In this document: positions 52,114-64,000 of the stretch, in pieces
Position numbering within the stretch: the stretch's first letter is position 1
How the letters are laid out: each line of letters begins with the position of its first letter
Assembly: GCF_018350175.1 (NCBI RefSeq)
Contig: NC_058368.1
Span: forward strand, 89,220,001 to 89,284,000
Direction of reading: 5' to 3'
DNA length: 64,000 bases
Origin: Felis catus
Lineage: Eukaryota
Translations under genes and position numbers: made by a program
The notes under the pieces: generated by a model
Database searches by the model: none
What the model saw: only the letters and a program-made list of their open reading frames with translations
What the model was told of the DNA's origin: nothing

Positions 52114-52148
<35 letters not shown>
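52114..52148. repeat. (CA)n microsatellite
   Basis: Read directly from the sequence. Confidence 0.95.
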
Positions 52149-52149
<1 letters not shown>

Positions 52150-52306
52150 ACTACTTCTGACCTTATCTCCTACCACGCCCCCCTTTGCTCGTTGTTTTCC
52201 TTGAATTTCCTCAAACTGGACACACTCCCAACTTTGGGATTTTGCATTTTCTTCTCTTTGTAATGTTTTTCCCCAAATTTCTATCTCTCACCTACTGCAG
52301 ATCTTT

Positions 52307-52494
52307 TTTTATTTTTTTTTCAACGTTTAGAGACGGGGGAGGGACAGAGAGAGAGGGAGACACAGAATCGGAAACAGGCTCCAGGCTCTGAGCCATCAGC
52401 CCAGAGCCTGACGCGGGGCTCGAACTCCCAGACCACGAGATCGTGACCTGGCTGAAGTCGGACGCTTAACCGACTGCGCCACCCAGGCGCCCCG
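52307..52494 (-). mobile_element. Young SINEC_Fc-like SINE with a short internal deletion near the tail
   Basis: Perfect 18-bp TSD cacctactgcagatcttt at 52289-52306 and 52495-52512; CpGs retained. Confidence 0.92.
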
Positions 52495-52575
52495 CACCTA
52501 CTGCAGATCTTTACTCAAATGCTTACCTCTACAGAGATTCTTCTGTGAAAGTCATAGTAAGGCTAAAAACATCTT

Positions 52576-52758
52576 GGGGCCCCTGGGTGGCTCAGTCGGT
52601 GAGTGCCTGATTTTGGATCATATCATGATCTCATGGTTTGTAAATTTGAGCCCTGCATTGGGTTTGCAGTTGTCAGCGCAGATCCTCTATTTCCCTCTTT
52701 CTCTCTGCCCCTCCCTTGCTCTCTCATTCTCTAAAAAGTAAACATGAAAAAAAAGGAC
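52576..52758 (+). mobile_element. CanSINE (older)
   Basis: TSD-like aaaaac(a/g)tcttg on both sides. Confidence 0.82.
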
Positions 52759-53639
52759 CAAAAACGTCTTGCATTCTCAAGACCTTCCCACTCTTGTTCT
52801 TTTCCCACAGCACTTACACCATTTAACACACATTGCCTACATTTGTTTACTTTTATGGTCTTTCTCATCCTGCTGGAAGATAAGCACCGCTTATTATTCA
52901 GCATGACATTGGTAGATCCCATATTGGCTTCCCAGGTCATAGTATAACATCCATATATATGTGTTGACTGAATAAATTAATATACGATGAAGCGATATAT
53001 GACTGCAACCTTCATTTTATGAAAGCAGAAAGACTCCTCCTTTAATTGCAGGAGTCCTTGTTCTTGACCTGAATGTGCTACCTCACTGCCAGATTCCTTC
53101 CTCTGAGGAACAGTGAGTGACTTAATAAGAAATATCCCGGGCATTTTTAAAAAATAAGAATTTTATAAAATGATAGCATCATCTATCAGATGTTTGTGTG
53201 GGGTGTATTCATGTCAACCTAAACTCCCTACAAAGAGGAAATGAGGCAACCCCACAGAATGCTCTGTGTGTAAAGACTCAGGGTATTTTTCTAAACTAGA
53301 ATGTGCCTGCATAGAATCACCATTAGGGAGGTAGGCTGCGTGAGCTGTGTACCTACAGAAGGGATTATGCCCTGACTCATACCCACGAAGATGCACCCAG
53401 GAATCCTTACCTCCACCAACACCCAGGTGTGATGTTTGGGGAGAGGTGTTCTACAGGGGCAAATCACTGTTCTTCTAGCCTTCAAATACCATCTAAGACA
53501 ATCACCCCCTGACTGAACCTCCCAACTGAACAAACCAGGTTCCCCGGGCCACATCAGTAGTTCTTTCTGTGCTGAGGACAACCAGCCTTACCAACTGTGT
53601 GCAGAGGCACTCAGCCACACACATGTTCAAAAAAAATGG

Positions 53640-54625
53640 ATTTCACACCTTTCCTTCCTCCCAACTCTTATAATACAATACTACATAGCTGATTAATGAC
53701 ATTTCTCTCCTTTTCTGGACAGCTCCCATGAACTCTGATTCTTACATTTACTTACACTCAACACCTCCACTACGATGTCCAATGGGCTGTTCCTACCTAA
53801 ACTGACCAGACAGAACCCATGATCTGCATGGCAGAAATATCTGTTTTCCTCCCTTCCCAGCTTAATGAATTGCATGTCTGTCAATTGTCCATGATATAAT
53901 ATGCTGTGTTCTTAATTCCTCTTTTTGTATATGCATCCCAACACAGGAAACTCTGCTGGCTTATCCTGAAAAATGTATTTACTCCTGGCCACATCTCACT
54001 CCTGCAGGCCCCAGCTGGCTACACTGTGAATTGCCCTTAACTGGATTTGCCTCCCCCTTCTATCCTTGTTCCCAACTTTAGTCTACTTGTCCATGGCATT
54101 AGAGTGAAGCCATCTCCATAAAATAAGACCAAATGCTTCAAGATTAAAGGAAGACTCATCTGGCTAGCTCTCCATCACCACCCAGACCTCCTTTTTCTTT
54201 TTCTTTCCCTGAAATTCCCACCATTCTGGTGTCACTGGTCTCCCTGCATTTTCTCTCATCTAGCAGGCAGAGCAGACACCAGTCTTAGGAGGAATTTGTA
54301 CTTGCTCTAACTTCCTCACAGACAACTCTTGCCAGATATGCTCAACATTGTTCCCTCATCTTCTCCTCACCTACCCAACTAGGACTTACTCAACACTTAT
54401 TTGGAGTTGAAATCCTCCTTCCCTCCCCATTTCTTCCCTGCCCTTGTGTTTCTCAGAGTACTCAATACCATCAAGCATGCTACATTTAATTCAATGGATT
54501 TGTTTTCTGCTTTCCCAATGAGAACCTGTATCCTGATGCCATTTTTGCTCATGGGGGCATCTCCAGCTCCTAGAACAGTGATGCCATATATTATTTTCTC
54601 AGTAAATGTTGTTGAATGATTAACG
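53640..54625. mobile_element. Degenerate L2 fragments
   Basis: Pyrimidine-rich L2-like body ending ..ccagctcctagaacagtg..ctcagtaaatgttgttgaatga. Confidence 0.5.
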
Positions 54626-55139
54626 ATAATATGCAAACAACTCAAGAAACTGTTCTAGCATCTCACATGTTCATTTTCTGCTCTCTAACTTCATATAGTT
54701 CATGGATGTTTACTTAATGGCTCCATTTCCTCTCTCATAATTACACCATAAAAGAAGCCACTTTGTCTCTACAGTATAATTTTGGAGACAAGTTAACTCT
54801 CTGTCTTATATGAGTCCTTCTTCCTCCCCTTTACCTGCACCTCTTTCCACTCATCCTTTGCCTTTCTGCTTTAGATCACTCTTTAACCCAGAAACCCATC
54901 ACTGAGCACCCTAATCCAAACAGAAGGATAGAGAAACAGATCAAAGGAAAAGGACTAGAGGAAATATCAGAGAGATACATAACACTAGAAAGAATATTCT
55001 CAAGCCCCCCCCCCCAAAAAAAAACTGAAGAAGGCAGACAATAGGAAGAAGAGGAAATGCTGATAAACAAATAGAAATGGATAAATGCCATAATCAGTAA
55101 TAGAAACTGCAAGTAAGAGATAATGGGGTGATAGGGAAA

Positions 55140-55700
55140 AGACGCTCACTCACCTTTGAGTGGGCGCCGAGAAGAAAAAAAAATTCAGATGTCCTGTAGA
55201 GGAGTTTCTAACAACAAAATAATTTCATTCGTCCTTCCTTGAGTTTGTACTTACTAGGTCAGAGGGGAGAAGGAGGAGCCTTACTGTTCTGTCCTTCTTC
55301 CTCAGCACCTCACCTACCTCTCAATCAGGCTACCAATGCTTTTATCACCCTCAGCCTTCCTTTGGCTCTCTAGCTCAGACAGTAAGTCTCCGACAGACAA
55401 CAGCCTCTTCTCAGCAAAAGGGGAAAGAAAGAAAGGAGACTTGGTCAAGGAGATGGTAATGGGCAGGTGGAAACAGGATCAGCACCTGTGCATCCCAGCC
55501 CACCCACAGATGCTCATCCACCTTCCACAAACTCTCTCTAGACCGGGTTGCAGCTGTTACCAACTGCCCATGCAAGAACTCAACACTGAACCTGAGCAAG
55601 GAGGGTGAAGCTGATGAATCCCAGGGGAGCCCAGAACTAGAGCTCTGGAACAGTAGTTCCCAAGCCTACAATTAAAGAAACCCAAACAGGGAGCTTGAGG
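55140..55700 (-). promoter_or_regulatory. Candidate promoter / non-coding exon of the OR2V1-like pseudogene
   Basis: Perfect EBF (O/E) palindrome TCCCAGGGGA at 55619-55628, homeodomain TAATTG on the minus strand at 55669-55674, and a strong minus-strand donor AAAG|GTGAGT at 55154/55153, about 4 kb upstream of the acceptor at 51054. Confidence 0.45.
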
Positions 55701-56344
55701 ACAGGACCTGAGGAGGGCCAGTGTGAGGAAACCTGGTCAGGGGAGGGAAGCTGGCTCTTGGTGCTCTATCTTCAACCAAAGACATATCCCACACTTCCCC
55801 AGTGACTCTGAGAGACCTCAAAAGGTTTCCATCTGTGTCTGTCCCAGGAGTCTATCCTTGTATGATGGAAGTCACACCTGTTCTTTACAGACCCCATGAA
55901 GTCAGCCTTTCTCTATCGAGGGTCCATGATACACAGAACAGGAGGTGAGATATTGTACTTGAATCAAAGGTGGGGACTAAACACAATCTGGCCTTATGGA
56001 TATTATAACCAAGTGGGAGGGAAAGAAGAGTACCCACATTCAGGAGAGTCAGATGGTGGCAGGGAGCTAGTTGTCATCCCAAAACTGTCTGATGTTTCCC
56101 TAAACTCAGTGCCCTTCACAGTTTGCTGTGGATAGCCCTGTGGTCTACAGATATTATGCCTGTCTTCCCAGTGTAATCATGGATAGCACTCTCTTGAACT
56201 CTGAAGAGTCTTCCAGTTTGGATGATAATTTTATAGTTCCTCTGTTTTTGGCCTTATTACCATGGAAGCAGGTCAATTTTCAAAATGGCCAATTCATTGT
56301 AAACCAATTGGCCACATGACCAATTTATCTTTTATGTTTTAGCT

Positions 56345-56686
56345 CTTTTTGAAATTTATTTATTTATTTATTTATTTATTGAGAGAGAAAGCTGGGGACA
56401 GGCAGGGAGAGGGAGAGAGAAATCCCAAGCAGGCTCCACACTGTCAGTGCAGAGACTGATGCGGGGTGCAAACCCATAAACCATGAGATCATGACCTGGG
56501 CCAACACCAAGAGTCAGACACTCAACCATCTAAGCCACCCAGGCACCCTGAGCCTTTTTTTTTTTTAACTAAAGTAGGCTCTATGCCCAGTATGGAGCCC
56601 AATGTGGAGCTTGAATTCAAGACCGAGAGATCAAGATCTGAGATCAAGAGTCAGATACTCAACCAACTGAGTCAGGCAGGAATCCT
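56345..56686 (-). mobile_element. Two adjacent CanSINEs (56345-56549 and a short old-type one at 56555-56686)
   Basis: Reverse-complement SINE heads and T-tails. Confidence 0.8.
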
Positions 56687-57772
56687 CAGTTTTATTTGAC
56701 TGTATTTTTTTAATTTTCACAATAACAACAAAAAAAAGTGTTTTACCTGCCTTACAAAACTCTTAGGGACTTCAGTTGAAGACTGATGTACAGATAGGAG
56801 ACATTGGGTCAGAGGGCTAGGAGAAAGGGGATTGATGGGAGATGTTGTAAAATATAACGAGGTGGAGTTAGAGGCAACTAGAAAAAATAGGCCTTCCGCC
56901 AAACGTTCCAGGAACACCAACCTGGCTTTGAAAGAAACTCCCTACAGCCATATCACACTCTTCTGTTTCAGCTTCCTTTTCTACTTATTGTCTACTAACC
57001 ACTGATCTCTCTGGTTCCCATAGATAACTGAAGAATTCCCATCTCCACATTCTCATTCAAGTTATTGTCCTATTGGAACTTACTTTGCCAGCTTTCTATT
57101 TCTTATTGAAACTTTATTCTATGAGGACTCATATAATGTTCATCGTTACTTTTCTCACCTTCCAAAATTTGATCCACATTCACTTCAGCCTCTGTCCCCT
57201 TTGGACTATTGCTTGTACAATATGCAATTATATCTGTTATGTCATGTGAAATCTTTTATATTACCATTTATCTAACCTACATAGTGATTATGTGAAATGT
57301 GATGGCATACAAACAAAACAGCTTTATTTTAAACTAGGACCACTTCACATCTGGAATCTTCTTGCCCATTTCTTAGTGGATATCAGAACGATTGCAGAGC
57401 TTCAGGTATAAGATCAGCTTCAGGTGTAAGTCTCATCTCACTTAGCTAATCAAGACTGGCTTTCAGTAGGCTATGATCCATTCTTATCCAAGTCACAACT
57501 TAAATATCCCATCTAATTCAAAACCTACCTGATCAACTATGCCTTGCTCAGTTCTGACAGGGCTTGAGACCCACCAGGGGGAAGAGGGCAAGAGTCATCC
57601 TTTTCACTATTTCTCGTGATTCTCTCATTTTGATAATTAGTTTTCCCTCTTCTTTCCATTGTTTTCTGGGGTTGAAAAAAAGGGTCATTAATGTGGGTCA
57701 ATGTGGGCAATCTGTTGAGTATAATAAGTATTTTCTGTATTGAGATGTCCAAAGTCCAACGTGTGAAACATT

Positions 57773-57898
57773 TATCTATATATCTATATCTATATATCTA
57801 TATCTACCTATGTCTCTGTCTATGTCTATATCATCTATATCTTCTATTAATCTATATATTATCATCTATTAACTATGTACCTATAAATCATCTATCAT
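57773..57898. repeat. (TATC/TATATC)n low-complexity repeat
   Basis: Read directly from the sequence. Confidence 0.8.
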
Positions 57899-58387
57899 CC
57901 CTGCATGTTGATAAATGTTGAATGACATACCCATTCTATGAGAACTCTGCGGTAATAGTTCCTGGACATTGATGGACACTGTCCAATTGACCTCTGTAAC
58001 CCCCTCATTTCCTACCCTGGAATTTTACTTTCATCCTTTCACACCAACCACTCTCAAGAGAGTTTTCAAGAAGGCTTAAGATAGTGATTTGACAAAGCAT
58101 CTACTTCACAAATATACAATCTAGTCATCTTGACCCTGCACTTTTGCTGCATTTTGTTCTTCCTTGCCAACATGAGCAGCTCCAGATTATCTCACAGCTT
58201 CAGAATTCTCCAAATGCCAGTTTTACATTCACTTACGTCCACAGTTATTCCTGGTTCTCCCTGGAGATCTCTGGCTTGACTCCATGGAATTAGTGACATG
58301 AGTGCCTATAGTTAGGGAACCTCCAACCAGGACTTTAAGTGCCAATTGCAATTCCTCAAGGAGGGAAACTTTTAAATACCCTCTCAT

Positions 58388-60144
58388 TTAGGAAACTGGG
58401 AGTTGGTTCTTTGAAAGAATTAATAAAATTGATGAAATCATAATCAGACTTATCAAAAAAACAGAGTGGCCCAAATAAATAAAATCCTCATGAATGAAAA
58501 AGAAGAGATCACCACCAACACCACAGAAATACAATTTTAAGACTCTTTTATGAAAAACTATATACCAACAAACTGGGCAATCTGGAGGAAATTGACAAAT
58601 TAGAACCATACAAACATACAAAACTGAAACAGGAAACAATATAAAATTTGAATACACACATAAACAGCAAAGAAATTGAATCAGCTATTAAAAATCTCCC
58701 AAAAGCAAAAGTCCAGGAACAGATGGCTTCCCAGGGGAATTCTACTAGACAGTTAAAGAAGAGTTAATACCCATTCTTCTCAAACTGTTCCCAAAAATAG
58801 AAAAGGGAAGAAAACTTCCAAACTCATTCTATGAGAGCAGCATTACTTTGATTCCAAAACTAGACAAAGACCCCACTAAAAAAGAGAACCACAGGCCAAT
58901 ATCCATGATGAACATGGATGCAAAAATTCTCAACAAGATACTATCAAATCAAATCATTAAAAGAATTATTCACCACAATCAAATTTGACTTATTCCTAGG
59001 CTACAGGGTGGGTTCAATATTCACAAATCAATCAACATGATACAACACATTAATAAAAGAAAGAACCATATGATCCTCTCAACGTGCAGGAAAAGCATTT
59101 GACAAAATACAGCATCCTTTCTTGATAAAAACCCTTAACAAAATAGGTATGGATGGAGCACACCTCAATATCATAAAGGCCATGTACAAGAGATGCATGG
59201 CTAATACCATCTTCAATGGGGAAAAACTGAGAGTTTTTCCTCTATGGTCAGGAAAATACAGAGATGTCCACTCTCCCTATTTCTATTTAACATAGTACTG
59301 GAAGTCTTAGCCTCAGCAATCAGACCAGAAAAAGAAATAAAAGACATACAAATTGGCAAGGAAAAAGTAAAACTTTCACTTTGCACATGACATGATACTC
59401 TATATAGAAAACCCAAGAGACTCACCAAAAAAAGTTGCTAAAATACATGAATTCAGCAGTTGCAGTATATAAAATCAACATAGAGAAATCTGTTGCATTT
59501 TTAGATGCCAATGATGAAGCAGCAGAAAAAGAAATAAAGGAATCGATCCCATCGACAATAAGGTACCTAAGAATAAACCTAACCAAAGAGATAACATGTC
59601 TGTACTCTGAAAACTATAGAACACTTATGAAAGAAATTAAAGAGGACAAAAATGGAAAAATATTCCATGCTCATGGATTGGAAGAACAAACATTGTTAAA
59701 ATCTGTATTCTGCCCAAAGCAACCTACCCATTTAATGTAATCCCTATCAAAATACCACTAGCATTTTTCACCAAGCTATAAGAAACAATCCTAAAATTTG
59801 TATGGAACCAGAAAAGACCCTGAATAGCCAAAGAAATCCTAAAAAAGAAAAAGCTGGAGTCATGATTCTGGACTTCAAGCTATATCACAAAGCAGTAGTC
59901 ATCAAGACAGTGTGGTACTGGCATAAAACAGACACATAGGTCAATGGAACAGAATAGAAAACACAAAAATGGACCCATAACTATACAGACAACTAATCTT
60001 CAACAAAGCAGGAAAGAATATCCAATGGAAACAGTCTCTTCAACAAATGGTGTTGTGAAAACTGGATGGCAACAGGCACAAGAATAAAACTAGACTACTT
60101 TCTTACACCATACACACAACTAAATTCAAAATGGGTGAAAGAGA
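58388..60144 (+). mobile_element. 5'-truncated, degenerate L1 ORF2 (host F)
   Basis: SPGTDGFPGEF-like and RT-region homology; interrupted at ~60145. Confidence 0.9.
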
Positions 60145-63100
60145 CAGGACAGCCAACATGGCAGAGAAGGAGGGGGATCAGTACTTCCTGAGTCTCCCAA
60201 AGAAGGGCTGGAACCAAAGGACTTTTACCCCAAGAATCTTGGAGGAAAAGAGACTGAGTCTACCAGGGAGAAACTAGGACAACTTGAGAGACCATAGGCG
60301 GGTGATTGTGAACTAGGGGAGATAAAACAGGTCATGTAGGCATGGAGGGGAGGGACCCCCTTCTGCTGAGAGACCAAGGGAAGACAAAGAGCGGCTGGGG
60401 AAGTCTAGGACTGTATCTGAAGAAGAGAAAAAACCTCAGGCCAGTATCAGAGGGGTATACCATCTCTAACTGCAAGTTAGAGGATCTCTAACTGCAGATC
60501 CCATCTTCTGACTGGGGCCAGCTGTCCTGTTCACACACCTGGGGAGGAAGGAAGCCACCCCTGGGCTCAGTGGTAGATCAGGAGCACAGACTTCAGCAGA
60601 AGAAACCAGTCTCTCCCCTGAAGGGCTGTGGCACAGGACAATACCAGCTGGGACCTCATATTGGGAAGTGATTCCCCAGTACTGGGACTCACGGAGTGGG
60701 AGTTTAAATCCCAGCCAAGCCCCTGGGGCAAAGGAGTCGACAGAGTGAGATAGCCTCGTCTGCACCAGCAGCACAGTGAGGACAGCTCCAAAGAAGTGAT
60801 TTGGGGGGCTCCTGGGGGGCTCAGTCGGTTGGGCGTCCGACTTTGGCTCAGGTCATGATCTCACGGTCTGTGGGTTCGAGCCCCACATCGGGCTCCGTGC
60901 TGACAGCTCAGAGCCTGGAGCCTGCTTCTGATTCTGTGTCTCCCTCTCTGCCCCTCCCCTGCTCATGCTCTGTCTCTCTCTGTCGCAAAAATAAATTAAA
61001 ACATTTTAAAATTTTTAAAATTCTGTGTCTCTCTCTCTGCCCCTCCCCTGCTCATGCTCTGTCTCTCTCTGTCGCAAAAATAAATTAAAACATTTTAAAA
61101 TTTTTTAAAAAAAAGAAGTGATTTGGGTCACAGGGTCGCTGTTTTCTCCCCACCACAACCAAGGCGGGGCCTCAGGGATCAGTCTGTGGGGCCCACAGTG
61201 GAGATGGGGCCAGCCTAAACCAAACCACGCCCATTCCCACTGGGTAACTGTATCTACTGGAGCAGGATAGACACTGGAACCATTCAGACCCCTCCTCTAA
61301 ACCAATGCTACTGCATTGCCTGGATTAATTCTAGGATAATTCTTTACATATACATATATTCTCCCCCCCCCCCAATTTCTCCCTCTTATCTCTTCTCTCC
61401 TCTAGGCTGGTTACTCTGGTTATTGGTTTGTTTAAACACACATATTTAATCCATTCTCTTGATACATGTTCTACACCTCCTTCTTTACATTCCTTTCTGT
61501 CTTTCAGAAATAATCAAGCTGTATAGTTTCTCTGTCTGGGCAACTTTATCTTCTTTTCCCCCCTGTTTTATTCCTTATTTTCCTTTCTCTCTCTCTGGGT
61601 TAAACCATTTAATCTTTCTGCCTAGTCAATGTTTATTTCTTCTTTGTCCCCACCCCTGTCATTTCTCTCTTTGTATGTACTCTTCCATCAGCACCACCTC
61701 CACCCTGTTCTTTACTTGTAGCTGGTGTTTCTGTTTTTTGCTCTTGGATTGTTTTTGCTATTTCGTTGTTTGTTTTTGTTTGTTTGCTATATTTGTTTTT
61801 GTGTTTGTGGGTTTTTCTTTCCTATTTGTCTGTTTGTCTTGCTTTCCAAGGCTACCTCCAGGATCAAATGAAAGCACACCTGGTGGAGGGTCAAAAACAT
61901 CAATACAAGTAGGGAAATAAAATAATCAAAATCACAAAAACAGAGAGCAAGTACCTCTATCCAAAAAACACCTCCTGAAGGGCCAGGCCCTGGACAGTGT
62001 GTGATCCCACTTTAATAGAGCAGTGCTCACAGGTGCAGAGCACATAACAAGCTTTTAAAACACATAAGGGATAGAAAACTAGCCAAAATGATGAAACAGA
62101 AGAATGCTCCTCAGAAGAAATTCCAGGAAGCACTGACCGTTGAAGAATTGATAAAAACAGATTTAAGCAACATAACTGAACAAGAATTTAGAATAATAGT
62201 CATAAAATTAATTGGTGGACTTGAAAAAAAGGCATAGAAGACAGCAGAGAATCTATTGCTACAGAGATTGAGACACTAAAAAATAGTCATGATGAATTTA
62301 AAAATGCTATAAATGAGGTGCAAAATAGAATGGAGGTGGGCACAGCACAGAATGAAGAAGCAGAGGGGAGAATAGGAGAATTAGAAGATAAAATTATGGG
62401 AAAAGAGGAAGCTGAGAAAAATAGGATAAAAAAATTCAGGATCACAGGGGAGACATAGAGAACTAAGTGATTCAGTCATATAGGACAATATCCATATCAC
62501 AGAAATTCCACAAAAAGAAGAGAGAAAAGGGCTGAAGGTGTACTTGAACAAATCATAGCTGAGAACTTCCCCAATCTGGGGAAGGAAATAGGCATTGAAA
62601 TCCAACAGGCACAGAGAACTCCCCTCAGACATAACTTGAATCAGTCTTCTGCACAACATATCATAGTGAAACTGGCAAAATACAAAAATAAAGAGGGAAT
62701 TCTGAAAGCGGCTAGGGATAAACGGACCTTCACATACAAAGATAGACACATAAAGGTAGTAGCAGACCTATCTACTGAAACTTGGCAGGCCAGAAAGGAA
62801 TGGCAGGAAATCTTCAATGTGATGAACAGGAAAAATATGCAGCCAAGAATCCTTTATCCAGCTAGACTATTATTCAGAAAAGAAGGAGAGAAAAATGTGT
62901 TCCCAAACAAAAACTGAAGGAATTCTTCACCACTAAACCAGCCCTACAAGAGATCCTCAAGGGGACTCTGTGAGTGATATGTTGCAAGGACCACAAAGTA
63001 CCAGAGACATCACTACAAGCATGAAACCTACAGATAACATAATGACTCTAATCCCCTATCTTTCAACAATAACACTGAATAAAATGACTAAATGCTCCAA

Positions 63101-63864
63101 TAAAAAGACAAAGGGTATCAGAATGGATAAAAAAGGGGGGCCTGAGTGGCTCAGTCGGTTAAGAATGGATAAAAAAAACAAGACTCATCTATTTGCTGTC
63201 TACAAGAGACTCATTTTAGACCTGAGGACACTTTCAGCTTGGAAGTGAGGGGATGGAGAACTATCTATCATGCTACTGGAAGTCAAAAGAAAGCTGGAGT
63301 AGCCATACTTATATCAGACAAACTAGACTTTAAATTAAAGGTTGTAACAAGAGATGAAGAAGGGCATTATACAATAATTACAGGGTCTATCCATCAGGAA
63401 GAGCTAACAATTATAAATGTCTATGCATCAAATTTGGGAGCACCCAAATATATATAACAATTAATCACAAACATAAAAAAGCTTATTGATGCAATGGAAA
63501 GATCATCTAGACAGAAATTCAATAAGGAAACAATGGCCCTGAATGATACATTGGACCAGATGGACTTGTAAGATATATTTGGAACTCTGCATCCCAAAGA
63601 AGCAGAATATACTTTCTTCTTGAGTGCACATGGAACATTCTCCAAGATAGATCACATACTGGGCTAGAAAACATCCCTCAATAAATATAAAAGAATTGAG
63701 ATCATACGATGCACACTTTCAGATCATGATGCTATGAAACTTGAAATCAACCACAGGAAAAAGTCTGGAAAACCTTGAAAAGCATGAATATTAGAAAACA
63801 TCCTGCTAAAGAATGAATGGGTCAACCAGGCAATTAGAGAAGAAATTTAAAATATGTGGAAACA
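60145..63864 (+). mobile_element. L1 'G' (same 5'UTR type as B): 5'UTR, ORF1 (~62088-62973) and ORF2 EN; CanSINE at 60806-61111
   Basis: GGACAGCCAACATGGCAGAG start and ORF1/EN homology. SINE TSD aaagaagtgatttggg at 60790-60805 and 61112-61127. Confidence 0.92.
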
Positions 63865-64000
63865 GGGAGGAGCCAAGATGGCAGAACAGTGTGGAAGCTT
63901 TTTGTGTGTCTCGTGTCCATGAAATACAGCCAGACCAACACTAAACCATCCTACACACCTAGAAAACTGATTGGAGGATTAACACAACAATCTGCACAAC
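63865..64000 (+). mobile_element. 5' end of another L1 nested in G (runs off the window)
   Basis: GGGAGGAGCCAAGATGGC, the L1 5' terminus with a YY1-type site, interrupts the METNE codons of ORF2. Confidence 0.85.

Noticed and set aside
1..64000. CRISPR arrays, operons or other prokaryote-type systems
   Set aside because: The DNA is mammalian, and I saw no regularly spaced repeat-spacer structure or such genes.

Overview
This is mammalian DNA from a felid: it carries young cat-type CanSINEs (SINEC_Fc-like) and felid L1 elements. The window is part of a family-2 olfactory receptor (OR) cluster embedded in a dense array of nested LINE-1 elements. It holds one intact OR (4256-5206, +, OR2T/OR2V clade) and one triple-frameshifted OR2V1-like pseudogene (50087-51032, -). 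Well over half of the window is L1, mostly nested and mostly on the + strand; the rest includes about 25 SINEs, two ERVL-type solo LTRs, MIR/L2 relics and microsatellites. The main unannotated structure is an inverted, diverged copy of the intact OR's upstream region: 1-~2000 matches 30541-34353. That copy keeps the putative promoter core and non-coding-exon splice sites but has no coding exon. It runs into a chimeric, 3'-truncated L1, which suggests L1-L1 recombination deleted an OR gene and left an orphan promoter. I find no evidence of a new protein-coding system; the interesting signals are structural and regulatory. Repeat boundaries were read by eye and are approximate, and subfamily names are from recall rather than a database search.
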